This document shows positions 52,492 to 64,000 of a stretch of 64,000 bases of DNA, in pieces. The stretch is from Ancylonema sp. Taxonomy: Eukaryota. Made by a program: the position numbers and the translations under genes. Under the pieces are notes generated by a model. The model saw only the letters and a list, made by a program, of their open reading frames with translations, searched no databases and was not told the DNA's origin. Positions within the stretch are counted from its first letter, which is position 1. Each line of letters starts with the position of its first letter. The stretch is from assembly GCA_050230475.1 (NCBI GenBank), contig JBFLGF010000071.1, positions 1-64,000 on the forward strand. Direction: 5' to 3'.

Positions 52492-53662
52492 CTTAATTTT
52501 AACTTTTTGTCCATAAGTTTCATGTACTACAACTTGTAGTTTACAAGATGGTGAAAGTGAACAGTTTATTGTGCGTGTAGCCTAGCATAATTTTTTCGTT
52601 TTCAGTTTCTCATAGCGTTATGATTTGCACTCAAAAAAATGGAAACGATGGCACCTTAGGAGGCAAAACGTTGGAAATCCGACCATTGTTTAGCAAAATA
52701 TTGATTTGAATATTGCACATTACCGCCTTCCAACTACAATTTGCACAAAAAGTTAATCCAAACATAAAACCGAAGGAATCAGAAATTATAATAAAAAAAA
52801 TACCAACACACAAAATAAATCACTTCAGTCAATGCTAACCGCCTCAAGGCTCATTCAACCGAACTCCGACCGCCCCGACCGCCGTCCGAACGCCTCCGAC
52901 CGCCACCCGATCGTCTCGACGACCACCTGCCCGCGATTCCGGCTTGCGCCCGCGGCGGCGGGGGCGGTCGGGTCGCGGTCGGACGTTCGGACAGAGCAAT
53001 CGCGGTCGGATGGCGGAAACTCGGGCGGAAGGAGTTCTGCTCAAATGGCGGCCGGCCGACAGGCGGTCGCCTCGCAGGTGCCCACCCTCAGTCACAGCAG
53101 AGAGAAATCTCGGCGTCGAAAAGAGAGGCCAAAATGACGTCCAGGGAAAGATCACTTTCAATACAGTGCAGCCTTAATATAGTGACAATTTTATGGCATG
53201 GGGATTCAATGGCACCATATCGAATGCTTGGGTTGTCACACTGTATAGTGACATTTGATATAGCGACAATAGGCAAATGTCACTATATCGAGAGAAAGTG
53301 AAATTAAGGTCGGTATTTTTAAGGGAGGTGGCTCATCTAAATAGAGTTTTTTATAACATTCTCTCGCTACCGTAAAACCTTTCTACATGACCAATGTTGG
53401 AACCATTATAAGAATGACATTAGACTGGTTCTTAATTTACACGTCACATTTGGGGTGAAAACCGAAATCGGGCGAAATATGATAGATTAAAGTAGACAGG
53501 TTGTTGTTTTTTACAGTATATACTTGTACAGTATATACAGTATATACAGTATATACTCTCCGTATAGTGACATCGCAATATCAAAATATGAGATTTCTTG
53601 GTCACTATACCGTAGCGGCCAGAGATAATGCGCCAGCAAATCCGAAAAATATTAGTAGAAAT

Positions 53663-56600
53663 TGTTGACTTCCAGACATTTTCTGGAAGTGGATCGACTA
53701 AGTTCAAGACTATAACTCAACGATAGAAAACTTCTCCATGCAAATACACGCAAAGCAAAGAACGATTGCAAAGCCGCAATTTTGGTGAGACAAAATTAAT
53801 TTGAGTGTTAGCCAAAATTCGGCTCACATACTCCGAGCAATGTTTGGCACAATCGTGCCGAGCCCCATCAACAGGGTGACATGTATGACAAGGCATCCAC
53901 GTCGAAAGACTCTAAAGGATAATTCCACTCTATTCGAAATATCACCACTTGTTGATATTGTCGAATCTAAGCCCCTAACTTGGTACCGACACTTGTACAC
54001 ATGTCCTAGTTTTCTCACACCAATTTACTTAGCAACTTATTGATACTACAACAAGTTATTGCAATATCAATGAAAACAAATAACAAATCGACAACCCGTC
54101 GACAAATCAATGTTGCGACATTATTAATTCTAACACACCCTCCTAATGCTTAGTGCGAGACTGGTATATCGGATTTTCCACTAGCGCCTTGGCACTCTCA
54201 CTGTTTGTCTTCAGCACAATCACCTGCTTCCCAACCTCGGGAACCATCAGCTCTCCCCCTTTCATCTCAAACTGCAGCTGACTCAGGAAACTGGCTTCTT
54301 GGGCAGCCATGGCCAAAGCTAGATACTCCGTCTCGCAAGTGCTCAACGTGTTGTTTCCCACAGCTTTGCTCTGCCAGCTAATGGCCCCTCTAGCTGACAT
54401 GAAGCAGTAGCCTGCCCTCCCCCTCATAGTGTCTGGACAGCTATTGTGACCTGCATCTACATATCCCCAGATATCCATATCTACTCCCCTTCGATACACA
54501 ATGCCCTCACCCACTGTTCCCCTCAAGTAGCGCAAGACCCTCAAGACACCCTCCCAATGTTTGAGGCCTAGATTCTCCGCAAACCTACAAAGGCTACTCA
54601 CTGCCTCTGCCAGATCTGGACGAGTGCCACCTGAAAGGTATAAGAGACTCCCAATAGCCTGCTTGTAAGGGTAGACTGGCATCTTGTGAATCTCCTCCAC
54701 TGTGGACGGAGCATCAGCCATAGACAGTTTGACCCCCGGGTCAAGTGGAGTGGATGCTCGCCTGCAGTCCTCCATGCGGAAACGCTTCAGCACGTCCCCC
54801 CCATACTTCTCCTGGCAAACAAGGATGTCCCCATTGGGCTGCCTCCGCACCTCAAATCCCAGCATATACTTCAACTCCCCCAGATCTTTCATCTTGAAGT
54901 TCTGCATCAGGAGGGCCTTCACAGGGAGCAAAGTGGCCAGGAACTTGGAGAGCATCCCCAAGTCGTCCACGTAGAGACTGAAGAAGATCTGCTTCTCCCC
55001 CTCCCCCATCACGTACACACCGAAGTCAGCTGTCAGGCGCATAAAGTTGATCTTCCCGAGGACAGCATCAATGTGGATGTTCCACAGACGACTCGCCTGC
55101 TTCAGCCCGTAGATGCACTTAAAAAGCAGCAGCACCTTGTCTCCTGGAGGCCCCTCCATGCCCTCTGGCATCTCCATGAAGACCTCCCCATCGATGTCTG
55201 CGTAGAGGAAGGCAGTTGTGACGTCCATCTGCTGCATCACGAGCCCCTGGGAAGCTGCATAGGCGAAGAGCAGCCGGAGACTCTCATGGCGCACCACTGG
55301 CGCAAAAGTCTTGTCGTGGTCAATCCCCTCGCGCTCGGAATAGCCCTTTGCCACCACTCGCCCCTTGTATCTCTCCACCTCTCCATCAGACTGCACCTTC
55401 ACCCGCAGCACCCAGCGCACCCCAATGACCTTCTTGTGCTTGGGGCGATCCACTATGTGGTAGACCTTGTTGTCAATAAGACTCTGCAGCTCCTCAACAC
55501 AAGCCTCACGCCAGGCTTTGCCATCAGCACCACGGACAGCGTCACGGTAGGTAGCTGGAGCATCAGGGGTGCTGGTCGTGGCAGAAGCCAGCAGAACGTC
55601 GGCGAATGACCGCCGAGGAGGGACACCGAGCTCCTCGATGGAGAGTGAGGAGACATAGATCTCCTCATCGAAACGGGTCGCAGGCACTCCTCGATTCCCC
55701 CTCTCATTTTGACGAGGTTCAGCCGGGGGAGCGACATAAGGTAGGTCGTCTGCGGGCGCCATATCCCCAGGCGCCTCCCCCCCAGCACCTGCGTCAACAT
55801 CAGGGACAGCACCCCCCCCATCAGGATCCGGTCCAGCACATGGAAGGGCAGGCAAAGCAGGCATAGGAGGTAGGCCATCAAACTCGAGAGGCTCATCATC
55901 ATCACCATCATGACAATCTGGTTGGGAATTCTGCTTTTTCCACCAGCCAGGAGCTACATCCTCATCAAAGTCTGCCCCCCCCACATCATACACCTTCCTG
56001 GATTGTGGGTCCCAAATGCGATAGCCAGGAGAGTTAGAGGTGTAACCCACTAACACCCCCTCCCAAGCCACCGCACCCCACTTTCCACCCCATGCCGACT
56101 TCTCCAAGTTGCAGAAGGCCTTGCACCCAATGACTCTGAACTTGGAGACCGTCGGCACTTTACCATTCCACATCTCAAGTGGAGTCTTGGGCTGGCCGGA
56201 GACGGGAGTCACGTTCCGGAGCACGCTCGATGTAGTGATAACCTCTCCCCACAGCGGCTTAGGTAGCGCCATCTCCAGAATGATGGCTCGGGCTTTCTCC
56301 TGCAGCGTCCTGTTCATGCGCTCAGCTATGCCGTTGTTTTCTGGATTGCGAGGTGCCGCATACTGCTGGTCGACCCCCCTCCTCATCAACGCTTCCCTGA
56401 AACTGGTAGAAATGAATTCCCCCCCTTTGTCCGAGCGCAGCACTTTCAGCCGTGTCCCACTCTGGGTTTCGACTATTGGCAGCCACAAGAAGACTCTTCC
56501 TCTGCATCAGACTTTGCCTTCAATAAAATCACCCAAGAGCGACGACTGAAAACGTCTACGAGCACCATGTCATAAAATGCCCCCCCTAGAGTACAAGACT

Positions 56601-58792
56601 TGTTAGGATCGGCAAGATTCATCACAACCAGATTCAGAGGACCGCGAAGGTCAGGGTCAGGGACTGCGGCAAAGTGAGGGTGGCGAGTCATCTTCGCAAG
56701 CTTGCAGGGGGTGCAAAAATCGAATTTTCCCACCACGTTTTCCACGCCAAGCACCATCCGCTCCCGCACCATCCGCTCATCATGGCGACCCCTATGCCCC
56801 AACCGTCGGTGAAGCAGATTGAAAGGAGTTGCGCTGCGAATCCCTCGAAAACGCCAAGGGACATGTCGTCGACGCCCACGTGTACCACCCGACTGTCCAG
56901 AATTGGCCGACAAAGCTTGCTCTCCGTCATCGTGGCAATCTGAACTCTCCTCTCGCCCACCACTTTCTTGATGACGATCTTGTCGGGCTGCTCGTCGTAG
57001 ACGGGAGTGAAACCAGCCTGACGAAGCTTCTGAATTGAGAAAACGTTCACCCGCATGTGGGGACGTAAAGTACGTCTGTCAATTCCAACACACTTTGCCG
57101 ATTCTGATCGCCAACACACGCTAGTAGAACTGTCCCCCACTGAGTCACGGCAACCGTGCCGCTGACTTGGTGAAATTGTGGCTGAACTTTCCATCTCTCG
57201 AAAGCGAACTGAAACTCGCAATGTTGGTGCACACATGATGGGAAGAGCTTGAATCCCCCAAAAATGGCTTCTTCAAGCTCTTCTCGTCTTGTGAAAGCAT
57301 ACCGACATGCACTTCGACGTCGATCGCACACGACTCGAATTGTCCCGCTTCAGAAGTGTGAACTTCAGCCCTTTTGCTCGAACATGCCTTCTCGATATGG
57401 CCCACTTTGTTGCAATTGCGACACGTCAACTTCTTGAACTTGCATTGATTTGCGAAGTGACCGGTGTTGCCGCGAGCGTAACAAGTCTTGTCCGTTTTCC
57501 CTTTGTAACCTCTGCCAGTGTCAGCCTTCCCCTTTTCCTTGCGGTCGAACTTCTGTCCGCTACCGCTGCCACCTTTGCCGCCGTACTGGTGTCACAGGGC
57601 CTCCATTTGCGCCTCTAACGCCTCATTGCCAGATGTACCCGAACTACCCGAATTGGAGCCCTTTTGCGCACGAAATTCTGAATCGTCGTCTCGCATGCGC
57701 TCTTTGATCCAATCGATGATGCACCGAAGTCGCGGGGCCAATGTAATTGTTGATTGTGCCTGTTTGATGCCTTTGTACTGATCATTGCACCTTGCAAGAA
57801 GAGTACGTCAAAGTCCCGGCACTCAAAGCACACCCTTGCGTCTTGGCCTTTCTCTCGATGATGTCCCATCGGGTAATCGTGTCATCGGCAGATTTACCTC
57901 GCTTGTGCTCGAACGAGAGCACAGCCTTCGCAGCTCGATCCGCTTTAGTGGCCGTAATACGCTCAAAACGGGCCACTAGCCGGGTCCAGATTTCTTTGGG
58001 ATTCGTGCTAACGGACTCAATGACCATATAAATGTCGTCGCTTAGACTCTGCACAATTAAGCTCGCTGCCTTTGCAATTTCTCGGTCCTAATCTGTTTCG
58101 GCCTTTTTCATCGTGTCGATCGCAGCCTGATTCGTGACCACACCACTTGTGCCCAAAATGGCGGTCGGTAGTGGGCCCAGACGCACTCTCGTCCCGTCGA
58201 CAATGTCCAGGACCCCATTGACTAGGAGGCCGGCTTTCATCTTGCCGTACCATGGAGCCCAGTTGGCCTCCGTCAAAATCAGGCCGGCTCTAATGCCGCC
58301 TTCACTTGCTCTGATACCATGTTGACTTCCAAACATTTTCTAGAAGTGGATCGACTAAGTTCAAGACTATATAGAAAACTTCTCCATGCAAATACACGCA
58401 AAGCAAAGAACGATTGCAAAGCCGAAATTTTGGTGAGACAGAATTTCTTATTGAGCGCAATTTTGGTGAGACATAATTAATTTGAGTGTTAGCCGAAAGT
58501 CGGCTCACATACTCCGAGCAATGTTTGGCACAATCGTGCCCAGCCCCATCAACAGAGTGACATGTATGACAAGGCATCCACGTTGGCAGACTCTAAAGGA
58601 TAGTTCCACTCTATTCGAAAATATCACCACTTGTTGATATTGTCGAATCTAAGCCCTTAACTTGGTACTGACACTTGTACACATGTCTAGTTTTCTCACA
58701 CCAATTTACTTAGCAACTTATTGATACTACAACAAGTTATTGCAATATCAATGAAAACAAATAACAAATTTGCGACATTATTCATTCTAACA
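53663..58792 (-). mobile_element. Ty1/Copia LTR retrotransposon, degenerate, with 5-bp TSD GAAAT
   Basis: LTRs 58320-58792 and 53663-54135 (TG...CA, 473 bp each). PBS TGGTATCAGAGC (tRNA-iMet) at 58319-58308; PPT AGGAGGGTG next to 54135. Domain order gag, CCHC (CRNCNKVGHIEKAC), PR (DSSSSHH), GAG-pre-integrase (LLHRRLGH), INT, RT, RNase H, with stops and frameshifts in gag/PR. Confidence 0.96.
54143..56488 (-). pseudogene. Copia pol fragment (integrase, RT, RNase H), C-terminally truncated
   Basis: LRSDKGGEF, NGIAERMNRTL, RYKGRVVAKGY, QMDVTTAFL, IYGLKQASR, LYVDD, GYVDA. Ends at RTKH* directly at the PPT. Confidence 0.9.
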
Positions 58793-60128
58793 GAAATAGG
58801 CTCCAAACAGTTGCGCCAACCAAATTTAATTAAATAGTACGCGCCATAAGTGTGCGCCTGACAAACTTTAATTAATAAAAATGATCCAAAAAATAGTTGC
58901 GCCACGGGTTTTCCTCTTTATTTAATATGATCCAATTTTACTTGCGCCACCCTGTACAGGCAAGAGGGAGACCTCAACCCTCGGGTTCTCGGCTCCTCGA
59001 GCCCAACCACCTGGTCAAAGACCGCTTTTCGTACACAAGCCCGTGATAGCGCAGCTCACAGCCCGTGGCGTGATCAAATGCTTGATTACAAGCATCTCTC
59101 GCCACAATAATTCTTGAAATTATGTCATCGATGTAGAAAATGAATTTCCGCTATTTATATTTTTGCGCCAAAATTTCGTCAATTTGAATTATTTGTTTGC
59201 GCCAAAACGGTGATCCAGCGAGATCAAAATAATTAATATAGTATCCGCCAAACACGTGTGCGCCATGCACTTTGGCAATTGTTTTTTGGCGCATTATCTC
59301 TTGCCGCTACGGTTATGTGTGTCACTATAGCGATTGTCACTATATGAAGTAGGTTTTTTCATGTAGGATTAGAAAAGGGGCAAAAATAATGTCATTATAT
59401 CGAGATTGTCACTGTAGAGTGTGTCACTATATGAAGACTGCACTGTACACATTGTCACACGCATTGAAACGATCTCTACAACCCGATAAATATTGATCCA
59501 AGGGGGGATATCTTGTGCCGGGAGGTACATCCCAAGTGGGGTTAGGGATACGAAGACGGGACAAGACCCCCGAATCATCCCGTAAAAACCACTTAACCCT
59601 AGAATCACGAGCAAATTTATTAAAAGCACCACGAATTGTAGATCATGAAACCGGGAGGGGGGTAGGTAAGAAACTTAATCCACGCCCTAATACTCATTTC
59701 TCCGTAATAGTAAGCTCTCTAGCAGAGAGGTTATATGCAACTATCTTCGTGAGTACAGAGTTAACTACGGTGATAGGGAGATCCCGTGTAACATCAGAGA
59801 TGTGTGCGGGACATCTAAGTTGTAAAGAAGTTTGCATAGCAAGTCTTTTGCGTCTCCAATAATTAAACCCATGGGAACGACAGGTCGATAGTGAAGAGGA
59901 GGAACCATGTACCTAGGTAGCTGGTTTTTTTTTGTATTCCCGACCCCGTGACCTGTCACCCTTGGTTATTCTCAGCACCCTGGCTTTGAACGTTTACCAC
60001 ACGAACACTGGCATAGTAGTAACTGTTGATCCAAATCAACCGACATCAAAGAAAAAATTTCTGGATTACCTCACCGGCGTACTAGACTTCGGCATTCTAG
60101 TGTAGGGACATAATGCGTATAGACCCCT

Positions 60129-60488
60129 TACTAACTGCGTACAGACCCCCGTAATATCGGAAAAACGGCAAAACTCATAATGTCGCTGTACATAGGGGGC
60201 CATGGCCGTCCAAACCGTGGTTTCGTTATGGGAGTTGTTCGTACTTCGACGCCCTACGAATTATCTACGACCCTTTCCACTGACGGGGACCGTAGATACG
60301 GTTCGATTAAGATTTGGAGGCCTGTGAGCCGTCAGTCTGTCGTACAGATTATTCTTTAGATTCGACCGATTCTCGTTGGGCGACGTGGCTGTCGCTGAAA
60401 CCAGTACCGGTGACGGAGATTTGCGCATAACGACATTATGAGTTTTGCCGTTTTCCCGATATTACGGGGGTTCTGTACGCAGTTAGCA
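60129..60488. mobile_element. MITE with ~60-bp TIRs upstream of the Rab3GAP1 gene
   Basis: ctaactgcgtacagacccccgtaatatcggaaaaacggcaaaactcataatgtcg is the near reverse complement of cgacattatgagttttgccgttttcccgatattacggggttctgtacgcagttag. Confidence 0.75.
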
Positions 60489-60878
60489 GAAACCCGAAAT
60501 TAAGCAGAAGTGTAACCCCTTTCTTAAAATATGCCCCTCTGCCCTCGACCATGTCGTCAGCGTTCAGGCAGCACATAAGGGAATGGCAATGCTTGTAGGT
60601 GCCCTTGCAGAGCACCTATATGCTATGCACACAACGCAGAATGTGTAGTGCTTATGTTCGAAAAAGAAACGTGGCACTTATTATGATCTCAATGCGATAT
60701 TCAATTGTAGCGGTATTCGCCGAAAGAGATATTGCTTACATTTTCAGTCGGGGTTGAAGTTGTCGACCATTTTGCTATCCGGGTGCCGATAGTCTATCAG
60801 TATGGGGGGCGCGGATAAATTGTTGCATTTTACTTCTGCATACGATATGCGGGAGTAAAATTGTTGGTCTGGAAGGGA

Positions 60879-64000
<3,122 letters not shown>

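Larger units (their letters stand above)
49009..53087 (+). mobile_element. Host non-autonomous DNA transposon (GGGTGGG...CCCACCC termini, possibly PIF/Harbinger-like) carrying nested insertions
   Basis: Termini gggtgggacccg and gtgcccaccc, GC-rich GGCGGTC/GACCGCC subterminal arrays, and an insertion-free copy at 23298-24232. TSD not clear. Confidence 0.75.
53609..59313. mobile_element. Middle TIR element (27-bp TIR, TAT flanks), host of the Copia insertion
   Basis: tat|accgtagcggccagagataatgcgcca ... tggcgcattatctcttgccgctacggt|tat; TGCGCCA subterminal repeats. Confidence 0.8.
53164..59445. mobile_element. Outer TA-flanked Tc1/mariner-like MITE disrupted by nested insertions
   Basis: TA|cagtgcagccttaatatagtgaca ... 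tgtcactatatgaagactgcactg|TA; ATAGTGACA subterminal repeats on both sides. Confidence 0.8.

Noticed and set aside
58088..58090. In-frame TAG in Copia gag as support for recoding
   Set aside because: The element has other stops and frameshifts, and the site fits TGG>TAG decay, so it is uninformative.

Overview
Eukaryotic nuclear DNA with spliceosomal introns. Gene content (CURT1, CRM-domain CAF, plant-type UBC, Rab3GAP1 and O-fucosyltransferase) points to a green plant or streptophyte alga; the species cannot be determined from the window. Eight protein-coding genes were reconstructed by hand: UBC4/UBE2D-type E2 (-), ZNF598/Hel2-like E3 (+, head-to-head with the E2), CURT1 (+), an orphan AT-hook protein (+), a CRS2-associated factor (+), an O-fucosyltransferase (+), EMC1 (-) and a BSD-domain-containing Rab3GAP1 (+, runs off the window end). 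Intergenic DNA is packed with MITEs and non-autonomous DNA transposons (hAT, Tc1/mariner-like, MULE-like), two multi-layer transposon nests, one degenerate Copia element with both LTRs, a CRE-like non-LTR remnant and a ~790-bp (TA)n tract. The most notable signal is that the two likely organelle-targeted genes (CURT1, CAF) each carry one in-frame TAG inside conserved coding sequence with conserved sequence continuing after it. This fits UAG recoding (probably Gln) but equally CAG>TAG nonsense mutation or sequence error. All family assignments are from recalled motifs, not database searches.
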